64,000 nucleotides of DNA, from NCBI RefSeq assembly GCF_902459465.1, contig NC_047071.1, positions 12,214,001 to 12,278,000 of the forward strand, read 5' to 3'. The position numbers were made by a program, and so were the translations under genes. A model generated the notes under the pieces. The model did not search any database. It had not been told where the DNA came from and saw only the letters and a list, made by a program, of their open reading frames with translations. Shown here in pieces: positions 1-12,525 of this stretch. Each line of letters starts with the position of its first letter. Positions within the stretch are counted from its first letter, which is position 1. This DNA is from Asterias rubens. Lineage: Eukaryota.

Positions 1-1284
1 CAGAGCAAGTGACCAAATTGCCCGGGGCGTCTTGTGTAGCATGGTGCACACTACTGACAGTAAAGCTCAATGGCCACCTACTAGCTGACCAAGGGGGAAA
101 ATATTTATTGTGATTTGGATTTAGAGGGGATCATTTTCTTGATGAAGGAAGAGTCTGGATGGAGCGGTAGAAAACTCGTAGCTGTGGTAATTTGTTGACA
201 TAATTTGTGATTGTGCCCACCCTTGTCACATTGATCTTGCTGTGGGAGCTTTAGGAGCTCTGAAGATTAGCAGGCAGAAAATAAATGGGATAGAGGAGGG
301 AATGGTTGTGTGAGAAATTAAGAGAACAAAATACACATGTATATACTGCACGTGAATCTACTAAGATTTGCAATGAATTTTGCATTGAAAGTAATTCATC
401 ATCTTGGTTTAAGAGGCAAGGGAGTTTTCCATGTGAAGACAGTTGGTCTTGCTGATCACTTTAAATTGATTTGAAGAATTGCTTGCTTCGTTACTTGAGG
501 TGCTCAATTTTACTTCCTAGTGTGACTGCAAAAATGTTAAACAAAAGTGCACTGGTTGACAAACAATATCGCTAGCACGTACCAGATTGAACCATGACAC
601 TTGTGCGGGAAACGGTGTCCCTTCCAACACTAATATGAATAAAGCTACGATTCCTTCGGGATCCGTGTCAGAAAAGGAATGCAGACATTTCTTATTTCGT
701 GTTTGTGAAGAAGCATCTGTGGAAACGCTGTCCCCGACAAACAAACAAAGATCAGACCTGCTAGAACGTGCCAAATCTGGAGTGCTCCGACAGCACGGCC
801 CATGAGCAGAATCCTAATGAGTGAGCCTTCCCGGGCACTGATTCCTGTCGCCGTCGTCGTTTGAAATTACCCCTCCAAGTCTCGCCAGCTGCCGCAGGAT
901 TTTTCTTGTAAGGAGTCTGATTCTTGTTTATGATTAAGCTATCACTTGGCTCTCCCGTTGCAAGCTAGTGTGTGTGCTACCCCATTGATTTCCAAGATCA
1001 GGAGGCGTTGGGCATTTCAGACACGACGATAATCAAGGGCTCCCTTGTACGATGGTGCTCTGCTGAACATGATTTGAGTTTATTACATTAGCCAATTAAA
1101 GACGAGAATTGAGAAGGGGGTGGCGGGTAGCTGTCGGAAGGGCCCGGGTTGCTGAAGTTCAACGGTCTTCATTGATTGTTGAGGATTTCTTAGACTAAAG
1201 GACCTGCAGCTACATACAGTAGGAGTCTTGGACAATCAGAGAATGAAATACATTGATCTTCCTCAAGGGATATTATAGACTACT

Positions 1285-1628
1285 TTAAAGGAACACGTTG
1301 CCGTGGCTCGGACGAGTTGGTCTTTGAAAAGCTTTTAAAACCGTTTGTTATGAAATGCATTGGTTAGAAAGATATTTTAAAAGTAGAATATAATGATCCA
1401 AGCTAATACGTCGGTCATTTTATGGAGTCAAAATTTTGACTCCACAAAATGGCCTACCGGGTTTCTTTGTGATGTAAGAGGAAATACCGTGCAATTTCAA
1501 GGCATGTTTGTGTGGATCATTCCATCTACTTTTAAATTATCTTTTTAACCATTTGTATTTTATAACAAGCGGCTTAAGGTGCTTTTCAAAGACCAACTCG
1601 ATCGATCCAAGACAACTTGTTCCTTTAA
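1285..1628. mobile_element. Palindromic non-autonomous DNA transposon (MITE), Kolobok-type
   Basis: TTAA at both ends, termini AGGAACA.../...TGTTCCT, long imperfect arms and a perfect central palindrome GGAGTCAAAA|TTTTGACTCC. Confidence 0.8.
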
Positions 1629-2212
1629 GAAGGGCTTCATAGAACTCAAAATAGGTGAAGGACTGTTTTTGTATTATGTGATTTTTGTATGGCCTGCTAT
1701 GCTGAAAACTTAAAGGTGATCTAGGTCTAGTTATCGTGAAGACAGTGATCAGTTTTAAATAGGAAGCTAACAACTGTAGCCCCTTTCACATGAGACAAAT
1801 ATCCCAGGAAATCTCCAGGAAAATTTGGTTGATATTGCCACATTTGAGCCTTTGCTTAGCCTGAGAAAATCTTGGGAAGTAGAAACTTCCTGCGAAATAG
1901 TTATCCATGGGATCGATTTTAGCACTGGGCCAGTTAACTTAGGATTGGACAAGTCCAGCTGTCTTGTGTGTTTTCCAATTGTTAATAATACCCCACTGCG
2001 TAATATCTTGAACGAAAAAACAAACTGTTCAAAATCGAAAAGGGACTATTAATTTTGAGTCTGTTAAATATTCGCAGGTGGTTTGTTGAGTATCAAAGTA
2101 TGCCCATAAAACAAAATGAGATAAATCCTCACTTACTGTTTGTTCAAATAACAGTTTTGTTGTTGAATTTTGCAGAATTTATTTTTTTCATTATTGATTC
2201 TGGGCTTGATGT

Positions 2213-2500
2213 CCAAAGAGCTAAGATTGATCTTAACTGTGTATCAATCTTAATTGCTGAGGAAAGTGTGATGTCAGGATACAAATAACAGGTAATATTG
2301 ACCAAGGAGCTAATATAGCAAATCAATCTTAATTGCTAAGCAAAGTTTTACGTCAAAATACAAATCACTATGGTGAAATTGGAAACTCAACTTCAGATAA
2401 ATCTAAGTGCTTTGTAGCACTGTAGCCTGTGGTGTCACAACGAGCTAAGATTGATCTAACTGTGTATCAATCTTAATTGGCTAAGCAAAGTGTGATAAAA
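2213..2500. repeat. Dispersed/internally repeated element (GAGCTAAGATTGATCTTAACTGTGTATCAATCTTAATTGCT...), related copy at ~21320-21475
   Basis: The motif recurs at ~2215, ~2320 and ~2442. Shared AACTGTGTATCAAT...TGCTAAGCAAAG and ATCACTATGGTGAAA segments occur at 21331-21475. Confidence 0.55.
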
Positions 2501-3708
2501 TCTCAGAAAATCGAGCCCTGGTCTTCTAAAACACTTTCTGGTCCAGCCCAACAGTCTTGTGGATTTTTCCTTAATTATAACTGAGCCCTCAGGATGAGAC
2601 TTACTTTACAAGTTGCCTTCTTAAAACCCAATAACGTGTCCCTTTACAAATTTCTCTTTTCATTTTCCTTCCATTTTGAGGTGAATGTGAATTATGAATT
2701 GTGAATGGTTTACATTCGACTGTTGTCTTGCATTTGATATGACACAGATTATTTTAAAATATATGGCAGTGGTCTCTCTGCTGGGAATAAATACAGATAA
2801 CGTCCCATTTCTGCTAAGATTTATAAGATCTCTGGAAGGTTCTTACCCATTTATACTGACGTGTTTTTTACAAACCAAAAATTATGCAAGATCTCCACGA
2901 TTTGAGGTTGGTTTTGGTGCCACACAAATCAAATTGCTGGCAGGCTGCTTGCAGTTACTTATGATATTAATACACAGCATGTCTATTGTACTGTTTTGGG
3001 CTGAAATTTTGCTCTCGAAGGAGCGAGGCCATTACTGTTTTGTTTTCATCATAAAGTAGACTCCCGTTGGGAAATTAGAACAGGGCAAAGACCAGGGCAA
3101 GGACCTGGAACTATGTTTTTCCCGTTACTCTCTCAAATCCTCTTCAGGAAGTTGTCTTTGATTGTGGAGGATCTCGAGGACTGCAGGCAAAAGCAAACAA
3201 ACAATGATTTTCAGCCAGGCTTGCTATAAATAGTACAGTGTAGTCTTGACATTTTGGTATTGATGACAATAGAAAGAAAGATTTAGGTTGTCAAGGAGAA
3301 GTGGGCCATTTGGGGGAGTAAGGGTTTGTTCATCTAGACAATGAATACTGAGCTAGGGTAGGACAAAGATATCAAAGAGTTGCACATGTCACCAAAAACA
3401 AACCAAATTGTACATTATGTGTGCAATTATTGAAGTATTATTTATTTGTTCACTCCGCCTTATCACTTTATGTGTACTGATTGATAATGGCCAAATAAAG
3501 AATAAGAATAAATTTACACACAACACGGTAAGGGATGTAAAAAAAATCAAAACAAAATTGCCATGGCTGCAAGTTAAAATTCTCAAATAAACTGAAATTA
3601 ATCGCTGATGATTGTAATAGCACTAACTGAAAATCTAATGCGAATCAATAAAATAATAAAATTAAATAACCATTTAACAACTATTTTTTCTTCATTTTGT
3701 TTGATTGC

Positions 3709-3798
3709 TTGGATTATTATTCAGAATAATTAAGTGTTATTGGATTAGGTGCATAAAACTAATCCAATAATACTTAATTATTCTGAATAATAATCCAA
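3709..3798. repeat. Near-perfect 40-bp inverted repeat with 10-nt loop
   Basis: Arms 3709-3748 and 3759-3798 differ at one position (G/A). Confidence 0.9.
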
Positions 3799-5057
3799 TC
3801 AAAATTTCAAATTAAAACGGCACTACTGACTGTACATGTGTTGTAGCTTTCTAATTACCTATTACCTTATCGGATACCAGACGGGGCTTTTAATCATAAC
3901 AAAGTTGTTTGTGTAAAAATCACCCCTATCTAATCCAGTATCTTATCAAGGATTCTTTGATGTGAAGGGAGAAGTTGGCTTGCTGACTGGCTCGCTCTCT
4001 GGATGGATGGATGAAAGAATAGAGAGTTTGGCCCTCATGGCCGTCTATGATGTGTGACATCTATGCATAGAGGCCAGTATACAGTGTGTTAGATTCTAAT
4101 CAGTCAAGTGTTGAATGATAACTGCCCTGGGGCGAGGCGATGAAAGGGCTGATATTTAGATTGGATAAGGCCAGGGCCGTTATTCATCAGGTACTACATA
4201 CACACACTGTCTGTGGTGGTGTGACTGACGAGGCGGTTATAATTTTATATCAAAATGTTGCGTTTATCCAAGCAGAAGGAACAAGTGTACAGAAATACAC
4301 CACAGGTACATTTGTAGGCCTATATGTACAGTGTCTAGAGGCATAGAGCTTGAACACACTACAGACTGTAGCGCATATCAAACTCGAGAAAACAATCTCG
4401 AACAAAGACTAATTTTTTTTCTGTGAAATCAAGTCTTCTTAAAAAAAAAAAGTAAATATAAAATTAACAAATTGAAAATATCCACAGCAATTTATTAAAA
4501 CAACAACAAATAATTCTTCTTCTTCTTCGTCTATTTCGATTGGTGTTAAATTTGTTTGTATTCAAAAATTGAAACAAAATGCAAGAACGTTGAATACGTG
4601 CAAGACTTGCACAGTTTACACAAATGTACTTGTTGTGTACCATTGTATACGTACTTGCCACTAAGTCAAGCTGCTCTTAAGAAGAAACTTCATACTGTTG
4701 CTGCAGGTACAGTACATGTGCATGCATGGACAGATCTATCATCTTCAAATGCTGATAGGCACATTAGCAATATACGTGTACTGTTTATTTATTAAAGTAT
4801 GATTTTAGCTGGGGGGATTCTGTGCAGGTATCTTTTTTGATGTACTGCCTTTCAGTTTTAATTTGAAAAAATCTTGTTTTGACTTTTTTTTTTTTCATGT
4901 GACAGTATTTCGTGGGAGCGATTGAGACACCCCTTTTTAACAAATTAAATCTTCTCTCAAGTAATGGAACTAAGGGATCCTCAATAAGTGACTGGCACTT
5001 TAACCAGTAGGCCTGAAGATGTAGCCTGTCTAAAGATGTCGAGAAGATGATGAAATA

Positions 5058-5145
5058 ATTTCAGTTTTATATGTGGGAACAGTATGAACACCCAGGTATT
5101 TTAATCATTTAGGGACTGAAAACCCAAATCCACCGTATAGGTCCC
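5058..5145 (-). mobile_element. Fragment of V-domain-like SINE family (same as 10147 and 25243)
   Basis: TTTCAGTTTTATATGTGG...GGGACTGAAAACCCAAATCCAC matches the 25243-25510 copy. Confidence 0.55.
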
Positions 5146-6934
5146 CCTACCGTATTCTGTCCTGAGTTTTATGGGCTGAGACCGGATTTGAGGGGGCGGG
5201 GCGTGTGAAAGGCTGGCAAGATGTCAAAATTAATCCAGGCCTGTTCCTGAAATGAACAGCAAGCTTTGAAACGTCAGGTACTTGCGCAGGTCCTGATTCA
5301 AATGGTCATCAAATGAAAACAGCTTTTGAACTTTGGTATTTAATGTGAAAGTTTTATTTTTTTTGTTTTTAAGCGCTGCGTATGCATTTACAACTGTACA
5401 TGCAATGTCGTTTTTTCTTGTGTTTTGGTACATGTTTGTTGGAAATTTTGAAACTGTGTCAGCCATTGTTGGCTTTCTCCTTGAAGGGCCAACAGTTTTT
5501 ACAAGCTCTTTTTGGGCAGCCCCTGGGTTGTAATTTCTGTTGCCATTTGTAATTCCCCCCAAAGCCATTTCACAACAAAAGGCGAACACATCCCACAGAA
5601 TTATACGAGGGGGACTTAATCGAAAGGTCTGCAGGGATGGCAGTGCTAAGGTTTTGGACAGAAGTCGCTACCAAGTTATGACAATTTTTTTAAAGAAGGT
5701 ATAACAAATGTGTCCTGTGTTTACTGAAAAAAGTTTAAAAGCTGGAGTTCCTAAAGGCACAGATAGAAACAGTGCAGACGAAGAAAACACAGAAATTCAA
5801 CTAAAAAGCAGTTTACTTGTTGTTATCACTGTTGTTTAGAAAAGGGGGATGCATTTTGGCTCTTCTTCAACTGAGATTTTTAGTACAAAATACTTGCAAA
5901 CTAACTAGGCCTGTAACTTACCCGGCTGAAATGATTTCATAAACAAGGGTAAAATACGCATTTAAAATGTACACAATATAAATAAAACACATGTGTGAAA
6001 AGTCATCCAGCCCAGAACCATGAGGTTCACCACTTAACCCAAACAAAATCTCAACGCAATCCTAAGTCATAACAAAGTAATTAAAAGTCAATATTTTGAT
6101 TAAGGTACATGTATAGAAGCCCTATATTATCAAGGACAGTTTTTGTTCCTTTGATACATTTTAACGCCCATGCCAATCTGCACTGACTGATTGTGACGTC
6201 TTCTGCTAACGGACATTTTGATGTTGTGTTGTGTCACCCTGCTAGCCTTTTCAGAGCCTTTTCAGATTTTTCTCATTTTTATCTTGGTCTTGCAAAGAAA
6301 ATTCTGGTTCAGTAAAACTTTTGAGTTACAAGCCTCTGATTATTAACATAAAGGTATATCCCCTCCCCACCCCCTCAAAACCAAACAAAAACAAACTCCT
6401 TCATGTACACATGCATAGTATGAGGTACTTGTAATGTACATGTTAATTTAATCTACTTGATTGTAATGCCAACCCTACCCACTGCACAATTTGGTCAAAT
6501 GGTACGACTCACTGATCATAATTTGTGAATCTCCAAATTCCAGAACACAAAAAGCTGCACTTTGCAATTCTATTCATAATGGATGAAGTGGCACACAGAA
6601 GCTCTTAGTGACATATAACGACATCATGGTTGTGGTCGGTCTCAGCTCTGTGCACAAACTGCTATGTCTATGTCTAATGTGCTGAAAACCCCCAACTATG
6701 AATGATTGAAATGCATACATTCTCTCACTTTATGATAATCGAGGATTACAATGAATGTTTTATGTACATTGTATGAATGTGCCATCACATTGAAGTGAGC
6801 AATTACTCTGTGTCTCAGTAGAGTCATACCTGAACAATAACTTTGTAAAAAAAAATCCTTTTTACATATTACAGATGGCGTTGAGGCTTTCTGCTAAAAG
6901 GGAATAAAGATGTTAAATTTGCATCGGGACAAAG

Positions 6935-7201
6935 AATATTCATTTGTTTTGTTTACCCAAGTACACCGATGTGTGTGAGCACTTTATACTTAGTACTTTA
7001 ACCCGAGTTCTGTGAAAAAATTACAGGCATAACCTTGGTGGTCTAGTTGGTATGACACTGCTCTAGAGTTGCAAAGCTGGTGGGTTTCGAATCCCAACCA
7101 AGGTAATATGCCTGTGATTTTGTTTACAGGACTTGGGTAACTACCGAGTATGCAGTGCTAACACACATCGGTGTGTATGGGTAAGAAACAAAATGAATAT
7201 T
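6935..7201 (+). mobile_element. Fold-back copy of tRNA-mimic family A: ~104-bp arms enclosing a 73-nt tRNA-like core (7032-7104)
   Basis: Arms 6935-7038 and 7098-7201 are reverse complements. The core has A-box-like TGGTCTAGTTGG, B-box-like GGTTTCGAATCC and a 7-bp stem ACCTTGG/CCAAGGT. Confidence 0.75.
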
Positions 7202-8459
7202 AAAAGGGAATAGGTATCTATTATTAAGGTTTTCAGTATTCATAAAGTGTATTCTGTTTGGATGGACACAGGTACCTTTCCTTTTGTACGTTTCCTTTTA
7301 GGACTTCTTCAGTGTTTTGTGTGTTTTAAGGGGAATGGTGAACTGTTTGGCTTTTTAGGCTCTGTCTGTTTATGGATAGCTAATTTGTTCTAAACATTTT
7401 GTTAAAATATTTATTGGGTCTTACTGTTGTTTCAAATTTTTAGAATGTCTTTATTTGCCGCATGTTTACATCTTTATTCTATAGAGTGCCCTGGGCATCT
7501 TTATTATAGGCAGATTATGCAATTTAGAAATATGAATGATTACTATCCTATTATAAGCCATTAGTCAGGTTTTTATTGAGCGGATTTTTTACAAAATGAC
7601 TCCAGTGCAAAGCATGATTGTGTTTCGTTGATTCAGCCAGTTCACAGAATTGATTTAACAGTCAACGAGCAACTTTTATTTTTCATCTATTAAACATTTG
7701 CAGATTTTGACTGCTCATATTTTGTTTATGGTCATATTTCTGAAGCTCAGTCAGACCATTGGCCATTCTGTAACGACTGATCATCGACCAACGCCTAGTC
7801 GAATTGACAGCATCCCACAAGAGAGATGAAAAGCCGAATGATAACACAATAGTCTATCTTTATAAAATCCTGGCTGATATGTCACTGAGCAAGAAAGATG
7901 TTTTTGTGTCTTCCACCAAAGTGAACTGTTTAATATTGTATATGTATGTATAATAGATTTCCCTCGAAGTGAACTGGTTAAATCCCATCCTGAAATGTAT
8001 TTCCTTTCATCAGCCGCAAAGCAATAACAGTACAAAAACAAACTTGCATAGCTTTATTTTTATAATCGGTAAAACGTTGATCGTTGTACATCTTCAGTTG
8101 GAATCACAATCGGGTCTCTTTGGGTTTACGCATCTTTAAAAATAGAAGCCAAATGTAAACATTGTCTTTCCCTGGCATGCTTAGAAAAGTATCATCTTAC
8201 GGTGTAGCTTGCATTCTCTGTACACGACATTGATCTAAGACATGGCCAGTGCCGTCTTAAGGAGGAAGAAAAACAAATTGCAGAGCAGGGCTTGGTTACA
8301 CTAGGAGTTATTGGTTGTGTCTTACAATTGCTGAATTACTGTTGCAAGATTGAAAAGCCTTCTGAAACAGTTTAGATAAGGCATAGAGCAAGGGATAAGG
8401 CTGGAGCTGAATTGATGGCTATGGCTATGGCTAAAGCGCCACTGCTAGGGCTTTGACTT

Positions 8460-8797
8460 ATAAGCCATTGCTAGTTATATTCGAATAATGTCTGGTACAA
8501 TGACTTGCTTAGCTACAATGCACCCTTTACATTTAAATTTCTCAGACTATCGATACAGTTGCTACGCCATGTGATTAGGGGCAAGGTTTTGTATAGCAAC
8601 CTCCAGGATGAGCGAATTCAGAATTGTGTACATGTATGGGTATTCACCGTCTCTTACGTAACTACGCAAAAGCTTGCCCCTAATCACGTGGCGTAGCAAC
8701 TGTCTCGATAGTCTGAGGAATTCAAATGTAAGAGGTGCATCGTAACTTAGCGAGTCATTGTGCCAGACATTATTCAAATCTAACTCACAAATGGCTT
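8460..8797. mobile_element. Long palindromic MITE-like element (~124-bp core arms, ~60-nt loop)
   Basis: 8473-8596 pairs with ~8662-8785, mostly with transition mismatches; TAAGCCATT/AATGGCTTA extends the symmetry outward. Confidence 0.75.
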
Positions 8798-9039
8798 ATT
8801 GCTAAGGCTAAGGATGTACTTAACTTGATTATGATACGATCCAGCTGTGGCCATAGCCCCCCAGTTTGATGACCTTAATGGCATCTTGGTTTAGACCTTG
8901 CTCTATGGTCTAGATGGGACAAAACTGTGTAAAATCTCTGACAACACATGAGATTCTTTGATGTGATTTTCAGTTTTGTCTATGGCCTCTTTATGAAAAC
9001 GGCAATGGATGGAAAGAGGTTTACCTAAGAGAAAAACAA

Positions 9040-9180
9040 AACAAAACCCAATCAACTCCTTCCAACAGAAACCCAGTTGTTTTGAACAAACAAGAACAAA
9101 CAAACAAAACTTACAAACAAACAAAACAAACAAACAAACTCCCCAACAAACAAACAGACAAGCAAACGAAACCCAAACCA
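9040..9180. repeat. Degenerate (CAAA)n low-complexity microsatellite
   Basis: Repeated CAAA/AAAC tracts. Confidence 0.7.
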
Positions 9181-10146
9181 ATGACGGCTGTTCCCCTCGA
9201 GGAGTGTTTTTCATGCATGATGAGATTGAATGTCTGAAATTGGTAAAATGATAATTTGGAAAAGTTACGCTTTTCTAACTAATCAAACCAGGAGCCAGTG
9301 TGCCCTAGCAATCATTTTTGCAAACAAAAAACTGCAGAAATGAGAATTAAAGGTGGGTCATAGATTGGTAAACGCTAAAAAATTAAATGGCCATAAAAAC
9401 TTACTTGCGGCTGCAGCTGTTGATATTGTAAACTACTTTGAGAAGGGATTCCCTTCAAAGTAACACGGTTCAAATAATTTTTCACCCTAAAACATTTCAA
9501 TTTGAGAAACAATTTATATGCATGAATCCTTTAGTTGACTGAATATTCAAATGTGCATGGAATCTTCCATGGAATGGAATCTTCTTTTTGAATCACCACG
9601 GGCAGAGATGTGGTTGGTACCTGCTGTCACCTAAAATATGTGGATGGATTTAACATTTTTGCTCAAGATACCTTGAAAGTTTTTGAAAGTTTTTTTGCAG
9701 CTGAAAATTTCACTGGTTACTTTGATTGTATCTTCCTCTTTTATCTTTTCTATACCAGCATTATGTTTGCAAAAAAAAAAGGTTGAGTATGACCTTGTAA
9801 CCTTAAATATTGTCATACGTGGCTCCTTAGATTGGCAACGTTTTTATATGCCCGTTATTGTTTTATTACTGTGTATAATACATGTATATATATGCAATCT
9901 CTCAGGTGCATCTAGTCTTTTAGTTTATGAATGTTTTAATGTTATTGTTTTTGTCACTTTTGCATGTACAGCATGCAGGAAAGGGATTTTCATGCTCTTG
10001 CATTGCATTGCAAATAAATTATTCTAAGTCTTCAGCTTTCCTCTAGTGTAATGCACCAGGCTTGATACTTCATTGATGCAACAGAGGCAATCACCTCCAT
10101 GCTCTGATCATTGCCTTGATGCCTCATGAAATACTTCAATACTAGG

Positions 10147-10296
10147 GTGGTTTGGTTGGCATAGTGGTTTCTTTCCTTCCTTCCACCTCTAGGAACCTGG
10201 TTTGAGTCCCATCGGGGGCACTACATGTACATGTATGTGAAGTTGGTTTTCAGTTCCCACCTGATTAGGTGTGTTTTCAATGGAATAATTCTCTGT
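10147..10296 (+). mobile_element. tRNA-derived SINE with V-domain-like body (5' part)
   Basis: TGGCATAGTGGT A-box and GGTTTGAGTCCC B-box followed by GGTTTTCAGTTCCCACCTGA; matches the reverse copy at 25243-25510. Confidence 0.65.
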
Positions 10297-11836
10297 GATT
10301 GTCCTGTATTTTTTTCTTCATTAATCTTAACTTAATACCCATTTTTACACAATGTTAGCTCTTCATTTTTAAACTTGTCTCAGATTAAGTACATTTCGAA
10401 AATGAATACACCATGCAGTCTCGCAGAATGGTAAGATTTTTTCTATGCCTGGCTGCATGTAATTCACTTATCAACTGCCAGAAATAGTGAAAATTACTTG
10501 CTCAATTCGGCAGCATTGAATATTCACACTCCCCCGAGATGTCATATGAAAATGTTGGATTTGTTTTGATGAATATCACGTTTGCACTGAGTGTGTATGT
10601 GTTTGCGCATTCAATTCTTATGCATTAGGGCAGGTGATCTTTTTTAAGACAAGGGTATATATCATTGTCTTCTGACGCTTCTCCCAGAATTGTCTCTCTG
10701 ACGGACGTTGGTTTGCTCTTGCATTTTTTTGAGGGTTTGCTTTTTAGTAAATTACCTCAAAGTGAACCCTAGGGATGATTATTGTAATATTCTTTCAGTA
10801 AACGTGTACGTGATAGCATCAGCTGCAGTGCAAATTAGAGACGGATACAGTGTCAAATCCAGCTTTTTCTTCGACTTTACGGACAAAACTAACCCCGACT
10901 GAAATCCAGTTTTGCAGCGTTCCACGGGAACAAAGAAACCCCTGCGCCATGACCAAACAAAGGAAAACCCCTCGTAGGTCACTGACTCAGATTATCTCCC
11001 CCCCCCCTCAAGTGTTGGAGGTCCCAAGTTCGTCTGGGGCTAGGATCTTCCGTTGTTCCTCAGCCCTGATCGGGTTCCCTGGAAACCTTCGGAAGAACAG
11101 ACCAGATATCTATTAGGTTTGATAATTGAGGATATGACGTTGCCGACGGGCTTAGCGTTTGCCTCTCAGTCTTCCACTGTCATCCCAAATGACTTTAACT
11201 TTTTCAAGGAGAAACGATAATATCGCCCGCTAGCAATGCCTTGGTGTAAGACTAGGCCAGATGAGAGAAAATGCACCTGTCATATTAAAAGTGTGCGTAT
11301 AGTGCTCAGCCCTAATTTACATTAAGTTCCTTTTTTCCCCTCTTTTTTTTGTGATGCGTCGTCAGCGGGCGATTTGAGAGTTCCTTTTGATGAAATTTAT
11401 TTCTGATGCCACATTAAACCGTAATTCCCTTCAAGGATAGTTTTGGTAATCGGGTCCGACTTTGACAATGAGCTGTAATTGGTTCTGGTTCTAGCGAGTA
11501 AGTGGTTACATGTGTAGATGTTGGGGTTGCATTGTTATCCGATCAGTGTTGACTCATTCCATGATCATTTCATCAGCTCTGTGTTGTAAGCCGTTGCACA
11601 AGATTGGCTTGATATGGGCCCCTAGCATGGTCATCTTGGATTCTTTACTGAATCTATCAAAATCAGATGGGAAAAGCGGGAAAAGATGAAAGAAATACTA
11701 GTTGATAACAGGCACTAATTTTTACGCACTTTCTCCTGTATTCTGGCTTTTTCATAGATACCTGTATTTGTGGAATAGATGGAAATTTGCATCTATTCAG
11801 TGCAGTACCCGCTGCTAAAATATAGGATTCGAACGT

Positions 11837-11920
11837 CCTCTAGCTACCAGGCAATCTCAGTGGTCTAGTTGATAGGACACTGCTCTATAATTGCAAAGGT
11901 TGTGGGTTCGAATCACAGCT
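11837..11920 (+). mobile_element. tRNA-mimic family A copy with conserved 5' flank
   Basis: CCTCTAGCTACCAGGCAATCTC then (A/G)GTGGTCTAGTTG...ACTGCTCTA...GGGTTCGAATC; the same flank occurs in the 43630-43773 copy. Confidence 0.7.
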
Positions 11921-11986
11921 CTCGGGTACCTGTGTATCTACTTTTTCATTCAAACTCTTTGCACTGTTTTAAATTGCAATGCAGCA

Positions 11987-12150
11987 GGGCCCATTTTCAT
12001 AGAGCTGCGTAAGCACAAAATAAAGCTAAGCTTAGCTTAATTTGTGCTTGCACAAATTAAGCAGCTTAGCATAATTTTTATGCTTATTAGAGAAAGGTAC
12101 CAGCCAAAATACCATGGCTGGAATCCTGACTTAATTTTGCTAAGCAGGGC
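11987..12150. mobile_element. Truncated Harbinger-type MITE (GGCCCAATTTCATAGAGCTG family)
   Basis: Left terminus GGGCCCATTTTCATAGAGCTGC; the right terminus is missing. Confidence 0.55.
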
Positions 12151-12525
12151 TCGAATTTCAAGAGAACCTTCATTTGACCCAAGGCCTTGAACTGTCATAG
12201 GACAAGAATGATTGCTTTTGAGAACTTACAATTATGTTCTTTATTTCGTAGTATTTTGGTTTGGAACCAAGAATCTTTTGTTTTTATAGTCGATCATTGG
12301 AATGTGTTTGGAGAAAACACTAGTAGACTGCAGGACTTGTTTAATTTTGGGGTCACTGGTCCCAATGTTTACCTGACTCGGGCTAAGTGGTCCAGTGGGA
12401 ATTTCCAGACCTGTCACAGGCTTGAAAGACACAGCCTTTTTTTATGTCATAATTTAGTATTTCCATTGCATTTTTTCAAATTACTGCTTAATCTGTTCAA
12501 CTCCCAACCTGGCGTAGCTATGATT

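Noticed and set aside
5245-5285. Hammerhead-like CTGAAATGA...GAAACGTCAGG (also CTGATGAG at ~16236 and ~30624)
   Set aside because: Stems I and II cannot be formed in the required register.
7032-7104. Functional tRNA gene (amber suppressor or Glu); likewise 39564-39635 and 16542-16620
   Set aside because: The anticodon stems are defective or the cores are embedded in dispersed repeats, so I treat them as tRNA-derived mimics.
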